Shown: positions 16,902 through 24,943 of the stretch, piece by piece | Layout of the letters: each line of letters starts with the position of its first letter | How positions within the stretch are numbered: position 1 is the stretch's first letter | Source of the DNA: a virus | Lineage: Duplodnaviria > Caudoviricetes | IMG/VR virus record: IMGVR_UViG_3300022844_000011 | Span: 1-35,836 of that record | Length of the DNA stretch: 35,836 bases | Reading direction: 5' to 3' (one strand) | Translations under genes and position numbers: made by a program | Notes under the pieces: generated by a model | Told to the model about the DNA's origin: nothing | The model's database searches: none | What the model saw: only the letters and a program-made list of their open reading frames with translations

Positions 16902-17073
16902 TGATATGTTATCTAGGCACTGTTGCAACAGAGGCGATGCTTGGATGGAAGCTGATGAAACGCCATACCAAATGATTGTTTGTGATATTTGCGTTGACGT
17001 AAAAATGCGCGACTACCGAAAATTGATGCTAAAAAATAAAGGAAATACTGATGAAAATACCAACCGAAATTAA
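16888..17073 (+). CDS. Small Cys-rich hypothetical protein
   Basis: HCC...CDIC; overlaps both neighbours. Confidence 0.55.
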   Translation: MTLTNDMLSRHCCNRGDAWMEADETPYQMIVCDICVDVKMRDYRKLMLKNKGNTDENTNRN

Positions 17074-17278
17074 CGGCGCAACATTGAGAGCTTTGCGGCT
17101 TTCTACTGGCGCGACTCAATCAGAGCTTGCAGAACACCTTGGATACTACACTAAGGGAGAGCCTAACCGCTCCTTGATATGTAGTATGGAAAATGGCAAT
17201 CGGGATATTAACATTAGGATTCAGATGTTGATTAGATTGTTTTTTGAAAATAAGGAGACTAGTGATGCCAAACGATGA
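17051..17278 (+). CDS. XRE-family HTH protein
   Basis: LRALR...G.TQSELAEHLG....I..MENG.R.I. Confidence 0.85.
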   Translation: MKIPTEINGATLRALRLSTGATQSELAEHLGYYTKGEPNRSLICSMENGNRDINIRIQMLIRLFFENKETSDAKR

Positions 17279-17531
17279 AGAGACGATTAAAAGGCTTTCT
17301 TTGGAGAGCATGGAACTAGCTAAAATTCACCTCTCCAAACTTACTGCGGAAACCCATTGTCGGGGCGGTGTTGACCTTGCCGACTCCATGATAAAGGCGC
17401 TTAATTTAATAGATTGGGATGCCAAAGAAAAGAAGATTTGGAGCTTAAACGATGTCATGCACATCCTTGAAGGAGTTAAAAGCGAATGGAAGAAAACCCA
17501 TGCAGAACATTCTGATGAGGTGGCGCATTGA
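17265..17531 (+). CDS. Hypothetical protein
   Basis: AAGGAG RBS; start trimmed. Confidence 0.65.
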   Translation: MPNDEETIKRLSLESMELAKIHLSKLTAETHCRGGVDLADSMIKALNLIDWDAKEKKIWSLNDVMHILEGVKSEWKKTHAEHSDEVAH

Positions 17532-17881
17532 TTATCTTGGGATGGAATGGTAGCGGCGAAGATTGGCTACATGGTGATGAGCATCTAACCGACGAAGTTG
17601 AGCAGGTTGATGAACGAAAATTCGTGACGTACAGCAATGAATGGACTGACCCCCGTGAAGATGTGCCAGACGAAGGAAGTACAGTTTTCGCTATGGTAAC
17701 TGGTCATGGAGATTGGCCTATAGCTCTAGACGTTAGCGTTGAGCATGGAGCCCCGATTGTTGAGGGCAACTTAGGTGCGTCAATGCGCTGGTCTAATGAA
17801 GAGGGAGCCGTGGATGTAGGCACTGTAGATATAATTGCATGGCGACCTATGATTGATTTACCGATGGAGGGGGCTCTCTAA
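17528..17881 (+). CDS. DUF551-like hypothetical protein
   Basis: W..P.E..P.EG..V and IIAWRPM..LP motifs; TTG start. Confidence 0.6.
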   Translation: MIILGWNGSGEDWLHGDEHLTDEVEQVDERKFVTYSNEWTDPREDVPDEGSTVFAMVTGHGDWPIALDVSVEHGAPIVEGNLGASMRWSNEEGAVDVGTVDIIAWRPMIDLPMEGAL

Positions 17882-18042
17882 TGGCGATGTATTGGTGCGG
17901 CTATTGTCACGTACTTGTAGATGATGATTATCACCCTATGGAAACCGTGGCTAAACATGGCGATGTATGCCCTAGCTGTAAAGATGAAATTGACGATGAA
18001 AAGGATTGTGACATTAATTTAAAACCAGTGGGGGTGAAGTAA
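17881..18042 (+). CDS. 53-aa Zn-finger-like protein (CxxC...CxxC), absent from the ORF track
   Basis: Manual translation MAMYWCGYCH...CPSCK...GVK; TAATG coupling at both ends; GGAGG RBS. Confidence 0.7.
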   Translation: MAMYWCGYCHVLVDDDYHPMETVAKHGDVCPSCKDEIDDEKDCDINLKPVGVK

Positions 18043-18284
18043 TGATTGTATCAGAACTAATTACACATTTACTGACATTGCCTCAATGTAAAAGCATTGT
18101 GTGTCAAGTCGTGGGTCAAGACAAGAGTGGTGCATGGAATATGGGATTTGAATTCTCTGATGTACCGTCAAGTTGGATGGTACAGTTAAAAGTGGAGCAT
18201 CCCGCTCTAATAACACTATCCGATACAACTGGATGGGAAGATGGCAACATACACCAAAAACCTGAATTAGTGGAGGTGAAGTGA
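18042..18284 (+). CDS. Hypothetical protein
   Basis: M.V.ELI..L..LP phage-typical N-terminus; coupled. Confidence 0.7.
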   Translation: MIVSELITHLLTLPQCKSIVCQVVGQDKSGAWNMGFEFSDVPSSWMVQLKVEHPALITLSDTTGWEDGNIHQKPELVEVK

Positions 18285-18463
18285 TGCTACTTAATATTTA
18301 TTGGACGGTTACCCTTATTCTAGGACTGCTAGTGTCCATGCATAAATTCTTTAAACCCGAAGGGGCTGAGTTGCAACCGCGCTTAGTTGAACCTTTGAGG
18401 TTTGTTATGTGTTGCTGGTATTTCGCTACCTGCTATCTCGGCATTCAATGGATCTGGAGCTGA
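18281..18463 (+). CDS. Small membrane protein (2 TM)
   Basis: Two hydrophobic stretches; GGAGG RBS. Confidence 0.65.
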   Translation: MMLLNIYWTVTLILGLLVSMHKFFKPEGAELQPRLVEPLRFVMCCWYFATCYLGIQWIWS

Positions 18464-18466
18464 TTG

Positions 18467-18679
18467 ATGAATAACTTTGCTGATTTAAAAAAGAAAAAGG
18501 ATAAGTCATTAACGATAGCCTGCTGGGTGGCTCTTGGCTTGTTTTGGGTGTCAGGCGTTATTGCAGGAATGGTTATTCAAGATGCCAATGCTACTGGCGA
18601 GTGGAAATCAGAAACTACGCAATCTGAGTGTGCCAAGTACAATCCAGACACTCAGCAATTTGAAGGGCTAAGGGAGTAA
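18467..18679 (+). CDS. Small membrane protein (1 TM)
   Basis: Basic N-terminus then a hydrophobic helix. Confidence 0.65.
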   Translation: MNNFADLKKKKDKSLTIACWVALGLFWVSGVIAGMVIQDANATGEWKSETTQSECAKYNPDTQQFEGLRE

Positions 18680-18684
18680 GGGTA

Positions 18685-18975
18685 ATGGACGAATTAAAAA
18701 GTAAGGCAAAAGTTGGTGTCAATGCAGAGCTTAAGAAAATGATGCCTGAGATCGGAGCGGCGGCCAAAGAAATTGTGGCCAAAGCACGGGTGGCAAAGGG
18801 CGTTGTAGATGCTCTACCGAAAGACTCTTTCATCTTCTGTAATGGCGAGCAAGTCCTAGTGCTAAATAAGGACGGTTTTCACTACAGGGGCGAAACAATC
18901 ACCGACGCGGGGGCCGCTTATAAAATCTTTATGGAAGTAATGGGTGGCATGAAAAAGACGCAGGAGACAGAATAA
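18685..18975 (+). CDS. Hypothetical protein
   Basis: RBS; DGFHYRGE.I.DAG.AY motif. Confidence 0.7.
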   Translation: MDELKSKAKVGVNAELKKMMPEIGAAAKEIVAKARVAKGVVDALPKDSFIFCNGEQVLVLNKDGFHYRGETITDAGAAYKIFMEVMGGMKKTQETE

Positions 18976-19199
18976 TGGACGAATTAAAAGAAAAGGTTAC
19001 AAATGGCTCAGTCTACCTAGACCCTGCGGAGCTATGCAGTTTAACACCGCCAGAGTATTCCGATTGGAAGTGTTACCTGTTTGGCGGGTCGGCCACGGGT
19101 TTGTCTTGGATTCCATATAAGGGTAAAGAGCCTAATTGGTTTTGGCGAAAAATGCAGTATTTGATACTTGGCAATCGCTGGGTAAAGGAGGTGAAGTGA
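18975..19199 (+). CDS. Hypothetical protein
   Basis: AGGAG RBS; PNWFWRKMQYLILG..W motif. Confidence 0.7.
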   Translation: MDELKEKVTNGSVYLDPAELCSLTPPEYSDWKCYLFGGSATGLSWIPYKGKEPNWFWRKMQYLILGNRWVKEVK

Positions 19200-19417
19200 T
19201 GAGGGGCTATGCAACCCTGATCTGGGCAACGATGTTAGCGCATATAGCACTGCTCGCCCTTATTACTAGCATGTTTTTATTTAGTGGGTCGATCACATAC
19301 AAAGAGCCTTACGAAAATGTGCTCTGGTGTTGCCTTGCGGCGTTTTTGTTGTCAGGGGTGTATGCGGTCATTCTTATGTTGATTAATGCCTACCGAGCAG
19401 GTAACGAGGGTAAATAA
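19199..19417 (+). CDS. Small membrane protein (2 TM)
   Basis: GGAGG RBS, TGATG coupling, two hydrophobic helices. Confidence 0.65.
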   Translation: MRGYATLIWATMLAHIALLALITSMFLFSGSITYKEPYENVLWCCLAAFLLSGVYAVILMLINAYRAGNEGK

Positions 19418-19585
19418 ATGATAGAAGTTAAGATATGGTTTACGGTCATGCTTGCGTTGCTTGCAGTGATGGCGTGGTCTGAGTGGAGCGGAAAGTTCCC
19501 CAACCTTACGGCATATACGTTGCGGGCTTGGGTAGGTCTGAATGTCGCCGTGTTAGCTTACGGCGTATATGGACTGGAATCGTGA
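19418..19585 (+). CDS. 55-aa membrane protein (2 TM), absent from the ORF track
   Basis: Manual translation MIEVKIWFTVMLALLAVMAW...; GAGG RBS; fills the gap exactly. Confidence 0.6.
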   Translation: MIEVKIWFTVMLALLAVMAWSEWSGKFPNLTAYTLRAWVGLNVAVLAYGVYGLES

Positions 19586-19800
19586 AAGACATCAAATACA
19601 GATGCGGATGGTGTGGCACACCCACAAATAAGCATGGTGTCGCGATTCATGTTGATCTTTTTAATGGAGTGCCAAAGGATGAGGCGGCTTGGAATGCGGC
19701 GACTAGCGTACATGGCGATTGCTGTGAAGATCAAGAGCAGTTAGATGCGGAGCGTGATTTTCAGCGCAGAATGGCAGAATTTACTGGTGGATTCATTTAA
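19582..19800 (+). CDS. Small Cys-rich protein (CGWCG...HGDCC)
   Basis: GTGA coupling; trimmed from ORF 19483-19800. Confidence 0.65.
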   Translation: MKDIKYRCGWCGTPTNKHGVAIHVDLFNGVPKDEAAWNAATSVHGDCCEDQEQLDAERDFQRRMAEFTGGFI

Positions 19801-19814
19801 GCGAGGTGAAGATA

Positions 19815-20111
19815 ATGATTACTGAAAGAGAAAAATATTTAATGCAAGTATTTGCAGATGTTCAACCTCTGCTTTCCGATGGTCAAACTCTGGATGATTG
19901 GCTGGCAGTAGGAAGCAGTGCAGGATTAACCGTTGGACAGAAGTTGAGCGTAAAGGTGAATGAAGCTATAAAAGATTCATTGCTGGAGGTATCGGCTTTG
20001 AATGATCTGGGTGAGTGGTTTCTTAAAGACATTACTTTCAGGCGCGTATGGATATATGTTTGGGTGTCCTGTTATTTTGCTGGAACAAAGATTATTGATT
20101 GGGTGATGTAA
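19815..20111 (+). CDS. Hypothetical protein (MITERE paralog 1, C-terminal hydrophobic segment)
   Basis: GAGGTG RBS; similar to the next gene. Confidence 0.7.
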   Translation: MITEREKYLMQVFADVQPLLSDGQTLDDWLAVGSSAGLTVGQKLSVKVNEAIKDSLLEVSALNDLGEWFLKDITFRRVWIYVWVSCYFAGTKIIDWVM

Positions 20112-20287
20112 TGATTACTGAACGAGAAAGGTTTTTGATGCGGGAAGCCATGAAAGCAGGTAGCTACTTACAGGGCTCTAATTTAGATGCTTGGTTAAAT
20201 GAGCGCATAGATGATGTCGGCCATACCGTAGCCGATAGATTGGGGCATGATGCCAATGTAAAGTTTCCGAGGGAGCGCAAAGGGTGA
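20111..20287 (+). CDS. Hypothetical protein (MITERE paralog 2)
   Basis: TAATG coupling; similar to the previous gene. Confidence 0.7.
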   Translation: MITERERFLMREAMKAGSYLQGSNLDAWLNERIDDVGHTVADRLGHDANVKFPRERKG

Positions 20288-20412
20288 TTATCGCGCAGTA
20301 TTGCGATGCTCACGATGTTAGGTTAGTCTATGATGAGGATAAAGAGTGCTTCTTATGCAATGTTTGCGAAGAGGTGAAAGCCGAATATAACGGACATAAG
20401 GGTAAAATCTAA
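20284..20412 (+). CDS. 42-aa Cys/His microprotein, absent from the ORF track
   Basis: Manual translation MIIAQYCDAH...CFLCNVCEE; GTGA and TAATG coupling; GGAG RBS. Confidence 0.55.
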   Translation: MIIAQYCDAHDVRLVYDEDKECFLCNVCEEVKAEYNGHKGKI

Positions 20413-20558
20413 TGGACATGATATTAGGAATATTAATCTTGATTGTATTTTGTGTGGGCTTGCGAGGCGCGTATCTGGTGGTGCGCGACAAGCAGGTTGA
20501 TTGGGAGAGTGAGCGTCGGCGAACTAGCAACAAAAAAAGGCAAGATAAACTCAAATAA
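20412..20558 (+). CDS. 48-aa membrane microprotein (1 TM, basic tail), absent from the ORF track
   Basis: Manual translation MDMILGILILIVFCVGLRGAYLVV...; coupled start. Confidence 0.6.
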   Translation: MDMILGILILIVFCVGLRGAYLVVRDKQVDWESERRRTSNKKRQDKLK

Positions 20559-20621
20559 TGTTTGCAATAGTAAACTTATATGCTATTATTACCTTACATT
20601 AATAAATAAAAGGTACTTGAT
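20555..20621 (+). promoter_or_regulatory. Promoter/leader cassette (TTGCAA-16-TATTAT with extended -10 TG ... AATAAAAGGTACTTGA)
   Basis: Near-identical to 570-638. Confidence 0.8.
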
Positions 20622-20903
20622 ATGAAAAATTCAGAAGCATTCCTAAATAGCGAAAACGCATTGATTGAAGATGCGATTGATTTTGCTTTTAACCATAAAA
20701 CCGCTGACGGCGCGATTAAGTACGCCGAGCTAAAAACCTTTGTGAATGGCCTTGCTTGCGGCGCTAAGATGAAGAAAGAAATCCTTTGGTACATTGGCTC
20801 AACCTATACCTGTACAGTAGGAGAGCCGATTGAGGGCGCTGAAGCGGACTTGGCCGACCACCTTTTGTATACTACTCGCGACTGCCCCCATTTTGATATG
20901 TGA
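20622..20903 (+). CDS. Hypothetical early protein
   Basis: Follows the promoter cassette. Confidence 0.75.
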   Translation: MKNSEAFLNSENALIEDAIDFAFNHKTADGAIKYAELKTFVNGLACGAKMKKEILWYIGSTYTCTVGEPIEGAEADLADHLLYTTRDCPHFDM

Positions 20904-20935
20904 AACTAACTCAAATTAATAAAAGGTGCTAGATT

Positions 20936-21148
20936 ATGAAAACATTGACAGCAAGAATAGTGACTGCGGCAACAGCTATGACCACTCGCTACAGCAAGCG
21001 ACTTGAAGTGATGAACGCTCTGAGTGGTTGCCACATTTTATTTGAACTAAATGACAGCCATCGGACTGAATTTAAAAGCGCCTCGGTTGAGGTTTTGAGG
21101 CGCAGAGGCTTTGGCTCCACAAAAAACTTAATGAAAGGTATTGGATAA
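20936..21148 (+). CDS. Hypothetical protein
   Basis: Preceded by the AATAAAAGGTGCTAGA leader variant. Confidence 0.7.
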   Translation: MKTLTARIVTAATAMTTRYSKRLEVMNALSGCHILFELNDSHRTEFKSASVEVLRRRGFGSTKNLMKGIG

Positions 21149-21405
21149 TGGAAACTATAGATATGACCACTTTAGACGCGATGCAAAAGCAACGAGATCA
21201 TATAACTGCTGGCGCATTAAACGCAAAAAAAGCAGTGGATAAGATTACTTGCGAGTTCCAGTGTTCCACTAGTAAGGATTGGCCTTTAAGTAAATTTGAC
21301 CGAAAAGTGGAGTCTTTGAAGTGGTGGAACGGAGAATATGTTGACCACCTTTATGGCATCCATTGGTTGACCGATAAGATTGTAAAGATGGGCGGGATTG
21401 CATGA
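21148..21405 (+). CDS. Hypothetical protein
   Basis: TAATG coupling. Confidence 0.65.
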   Translation: METIDMTTLDAMQKQRDHITAGALNAKKAVDKITCEFQCSTSKDWPLSKFDRKVESLKWWNGEYVDHLYGIHWLTDKIVKMGGIA

Positions 21406-21665
21406 AGAGCAAGCCTCGGAAAAGATACAATAAGGACCTGCCAAATGGTCATATATTCATTGACCAGCTAGACCCTCAGAAAACATTTTTTACAGATCAC
21501 TTGGAGTTGGGGCTTCGGCCTCGGCACTACGCCGACCAGATCATAGCAAAGAAAAGCCGAGCGGATAGGCGGGAATTGCTAGCAAAGGTTCCAGAGCATT
21601 ATCGTGACTTAGTGGAGACCCATGTAAAGATAGCCTTTGATAGACTCGCTAACCCCAAACCTTAA
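21402..21665 (+). CDS. Hypothetical protein
   Basis: ATGA coupling; PRHYA..I.......RR..L..VP..YR.LV.THV motif. Confidence 0.7.
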   Translation: MKSKPRKRYNKDLPNGHIFIDQLDPQKTFFTDHLELGLRPRHYADQIIAKKSRADRRELLAKVPEHYRDLVETHVKIAFDRLANPKP

Positions 21666-22011
21666 CTTTTGTGCCGCCCCAATATTCCACTGCATGACCT
21701 TCATTAATCAATATCTTGCACATATCCTCACCCCCATCAGTGTATGGCACCCCTAATATGCGTCCGTATTTGCCCCTGCCGTGAGAACTAATTGTCAGGG
21801 TGCCAGTGCATAGCTCAATCAAACGCTTCTTAGCGGCTAAACCAAGGGCTTTCTCGGATAGGTTTTTTGTGCGACTCTCTGGCGTGTCAATGCCAACTAA
21901 TCGGACTCTTTGCTTTTTGAGCCAGACGTTAAAGCCGAGGTCAATATCTATATCAATGGTATCGCCATCTACGACTCTGTCTAATTTGCATCGGTAAACA
22001 TAAGGGGTCAT
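21649..22011 (-). CDS. Thermonuclease (SNase family)
   Basis: RVVDGDTI, RVRL.GIDTPE, GKYGR.L and L..EGHA..Y motifs. Confidence 0.93.
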   Translation of the reverse strand: MTPYVYRCKLDRVVDGDTIDIDIDLGFNVWLKKQRVRLVGIDTPESRTKNLSEKALGLAAKKRLIELCTGTLTISSHGRGKYGRILGVPYTDGGEDMCKILINEGHAVEYWGGTKVKVWG

Positions 22012-22241
22012 TTTTCTTTTGCTCTTTCTGAGGAGTATTTTATATTCAGACCTGCAAGGGTGCAGAGCCTATTCTTTTCGTCCAGCCCTTTGTCCGACAG
22101 CCTGAATCGTCCATCCGATGCGTTAGGCACAACATACCCGCGCTCAATGGAGTCAGATATTAGGTTGCTTGGCACCGTATCATTAGACATGACTGCCAGC
22201 AACCCACCTAGGCGATTAGCTTGGGTTTTTGATAGGCTCAT
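22008..22241 (-). CDS. Hypothetical protein
   Basis: GGAG RBS; coupled to the SNase gene. Confidence 0.7.
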   Translation of the reverse strand: MSLSKTQANRLGGLLAVMSNDTVPSNLISDSIERGYVVPNASDGRFRLSDKGLDEKNRLCTLAGLNIKYSSERAKEK

Positions 22242-22291
22242 TTTATCTCCAGCGTAAAAGATTGATTTTCAAGTTCGTCGCGCATTAACAG

Positions 22292-22735
22292 TTAAACGTG
22301 CGCCCATTCTTCACCTAACCAAAGAAGGGCCTCGGCCTCTCTTCGGCGCACAAGTCCGTCAAGAATCTTGCCGCCCGCCTTGTTCCAGCGTCTTATCTGG
22401 AAAGGCACATCATTCACATCGTTCTCGTTTAGCTTGGACAGCAAAGTAGATGATTTTAAGTTAGTTGGCCCCAGGTTAAAGGTCCAGGCGACTAAGGCAT
22501 CAAATTGATTTTGAGAAAGCGGGATATCGACCAAATCATTAACATATTTTTCAAACTCTTTTAAATCTGATACTAAAATTTTCTCAGCTTCCTCTATGGT
22601 GCAGGTTCCCCCCTCGGAAACGCCCCTAGTATGTCCGTACCCTATCGTCCACACTTTTGCGCTGCACTGGTAGGCTTCTATCTCGCATCCCTCAAATTTT
22701 TTAATTAGGGCAATGCCCTCACCGCTAGTTTGCAT
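22292..22735 (-). CDS. Endolysin, GH24 lysozyme
   Basis: FEG...AYQC....WTIGYGHT, QFDALV...FNLG and GLVRRREAE motifs; start trimmed to MQTSGEG. Confidence 0.93.
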   Translation of the reverse strand: MQTSGEGIALIKKFEGCEIEAYQCSAKVWTIGYGHTRGVSEGGTCTIEEAEKILVSDLKEFEKYVNDLVDIPLSQNQFDALVAWTFNLGPTNLKSSTLLSKLNENDVNDVPFQIRRWNKAGGKILDGLVRRREAEALLWLGEEWAHV

Positions 22736-23123
22736 CTGTAACATCCTCACTTGATGGGTTTTTGGGCTTATTAATATCCTGATAATACTCAACAACCGAG
22801 CGCAGTTGTCGGATGTATCTTTTGATCTCAGACAAATTGTTTGAAAGATTTTCATATCCCGTTTTCGTCAATCCATAAAAAGCGTTTTGTGGCGCGTCCC
22901 CGCTCTCTAGGTCCTTTAAATAATCAGCCATAGTAATTGGCGTCAATACAGTCCACTTGACAGGAAGGGAGCTAATCTTAGAGGGTAGAGGCGGGTTGTA
23001 AACCGTCTGTTGCCTAACCACTTTGATAATTTCAATAGGAGCTACTTCTGGCAATGACTGGCCCCTACCAAATAGTGAGCATCCGCTAATCAGCAGTAGG
23101 AGTGGTAATATTTTCCAGCTCAT
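22725..23123 (-). CDS. Outer-membrane spanin (Rz1-like lipoprotein)
   Basis: Lipobox LISG-C, Pro-rich segment, overlaps the i-spanin gene. Confidence 0.75.
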   Translation of the reverse strand: MSWKILPLLLLISGCSLFGRGQSLPEVAPIEIIKVVRQQTVYNPPLPSKISSLPVKWTVLTPITMADYLKDLESGDAPQNAFYGLTKTGYENLSNNLSEIKRYIRQLRSVVEYYQDINKPKNPSSEDVTDAN

Positions 23124-23487
23124 TCAAAACCTCCAAAGTACCCTTATTAATAATTTTCTCAATCAGTTTAGGCTTGCGAAGACTCAAAGAATTTAGATCA
23201 TGCTTTGCAAATGTTTTTCTTACCCTAGTCACTTCCATTTCTGCCGCCTGCCGATCTTTCTCCAGTGAGGATATTTGTTGCATGGTATCATACTGATTCT
23301 GAAGCAAGCCTTCAATATGATCGTTTTGGCTTCCAATTTCTTGCTCAAGAGTCTTTTGATTAGCAATACTTTGTTCTAAACGCGCCCTTGCAAGCTCTTT
23401 TTCAGCCTCGGCTTGATTGTAATACATCTTAAAACCACCCAAAGAAATAGCGAGAGCGACGGTTAATCCTGCGCTAATTTGCCACAT
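23086..23487 (-). CDS. Inner-membrane spanin (Rz-like)
   Basis: N-terminal TM helix followed by a coiled coil; lysis-module position. Confidence 0.75.
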   Translation of the reverse strand: MWQISAGLTVALAISLGGFKMYYNQAEAEKELARARLEQSIANQKTLEQEIGSQNDHIEGLLQNQYDTMQQISSLEKDRQAAEMEVTRVRKTFAKHDLNSLSLRKPKLIEKIINKGTLEVLNELENITTPTAD

Positions 23488-23504
23488 TTTTCAATCCTCG
23501 TTAA

Positions 23505-23627
23505 TCAAACTGTACACTGCAAGCCTCTCAGCCTGTTATTTTGTATGGCTTGTTTTTCAGCGCCCTTGTTCTTTAGGTAGGTGCCGCCAAGATTTGTGAG
23601 TCCGTTAACTATCGCTCCAAATATCAT
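23505..23627 (-). pseudogene. 40-aa ORF resembling a truncated holin N-terminus
   Basis: AAAGGAG RBS; MIFGAIVNGLTNLGGTYLKNKGAEKQA...; first position in the lysis module. Confidence 0.45.
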
Positions 23628-23638
23628 ATATTTCTCCT

Positions 23639-24925
23639 TTATGGTCCGTAGACGTTAAATCGGTAATAGACTTCGGTTGATGTAGTGTACGCTGTATAAA
23701 TCTTATGTCTCGCCTCTATGGTCAACTTTACCACAACAAACGCCTCAGACATGCTATTCGCTACGCAAGTAATTTGGGCAACCCCATTTGAACTCCAAGG
23801 CGAGGTGATCGGGTCGCTGGCAGTTTCTACGTTGTATGACGTTCCATTCAATACGGCTGTGGTAGCGATGCCTCCCGCAAGCTCATTATATATCTCTTTA
23901 TCATGGACAAACCGATATTCAACAAGGTACTTCATGGAAGGGCCATAGCCTAACGTCCAATTATCTGTGCTAAAGGTGATTACTCTAGTCACAGCGCCAG
24001 AGCCAGTATCTACATTCTCAAACTGATTGCTTGGGGCCGATGAGAAATATAGCGTCGTGCAAGAGCTGTAAAAATCCTGCAAATCTATCACTCCGCTCGT
24101 TGGGATGTTGCTATTGGTTGGCGAGCCCGATGTAATGTTTGGGACGTAAGTGCCATTCCGATAATAATTCCCCATGGCCGCCACGCCGTAAATTGGGCCG
24201 TAAGTTGCGGGACCAAATAGCTTCCGAAGGTTATCCAGTGAGATAGCCCCGCTAGTTACGCCTAACGGTATCCGAGTCCCTGCTGATGGATCGGCGGCGT
24301 TGACAATTGTAGAGGTATGGCTAACGCCGCTTATCGTCACCGACGCACTGGTTGACCCCCCATAGCTAGCCGAGGATGTTCCATAAACGTAAACCTCTTG
24401 GTTGTTGCTAGCCGTCTTGTTTGATGTGCTAGGGGTGCCACCCAAGGTGAGACTGGTTTTAGTCCCCGCTGTTCCAGAGGCTACAACCGTCACGCTCACG
24501 TTGATTCCTGTGACCGTAAAGCTACCTAAAGGATAATCTTGGCTGGGGTTGGCGTCTGAAACGCTATCAAAAGAAAATGCGTCAGGCGTGTTGTCAGTGC
24601 TAGAAATGACGTTAAGATATATCGTGCCGTTGCTAACGCCAGAGTGAGAGCAAGTAATATTGACAGTGGACGCTGTGGGAGATGTTTTGATTGTTCTCGT
24701 TTGGCTACTGCCCTCAGACAGTGACATATTAGAGTTAGAGGTAAACTGATTAGTTGAAAAGCCAGTAACCGTAATTGTACCGCCATCACTCATTGCGGAA
24801 TTATGAATGATAGTTAAGACATCACCCGCCTCCATGTTCAACCGACTACCAGATGAGCCACCGCCTAGAGTCCCGACAAAGCCAGCATCATCATCAACAT
24901 AAATATTTACTGTGCGATTGGACAT
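23639..24925 (-). CDS. Ser/Thr/Gly-rich virion protein, putative fibre-tip adhesin
   Basis: Beta-rich; internal SGAISL..L...FG....YYR.G..VP...N.NIPTSG.I...DFY motif; downstream of the fibre. Confidence 0.65.
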   Translation of the reverse strand: MSNRTVNIYVDDDAGFVGTLGGGSSGSRLNMEAGDVLTIIHNSAMSDGGTITVTGFSTNQFTSNSNMSLSEGSSQTRTIKTSPTASTVNITCSHSGVSNGTIYLNVISSTDNTPDAFSFDSVSDANPSQDYPLGSFTVTGINVSVTVVASGTAGTKTSLTLGGTPSTSNKTASNNQEVYVYGTSSASYGGSTSASVTISGVSHTSTIVNAADPSAGTRIPLGVTSGAISLDNLRKLFGPATYGPIYGVAAMGNYYRNGTYVPNITSGSPTNSNIPTSGVIDLQDFYSSCTTLYFSSAPSNQFENVDTGSGAVTRVITFSTDNWTLGYGPSMKYLVEYRFVHDKEIYNELAGGIATTAVLNGTSYNVETASDPITSPWSSNGVAQITCVANSMSEAFVVVKLTIEARHKIYTAYTTSTEVYYRFNVYGP

Positions 24926-24943
24926 TATTCTTTCCCTTTAATA

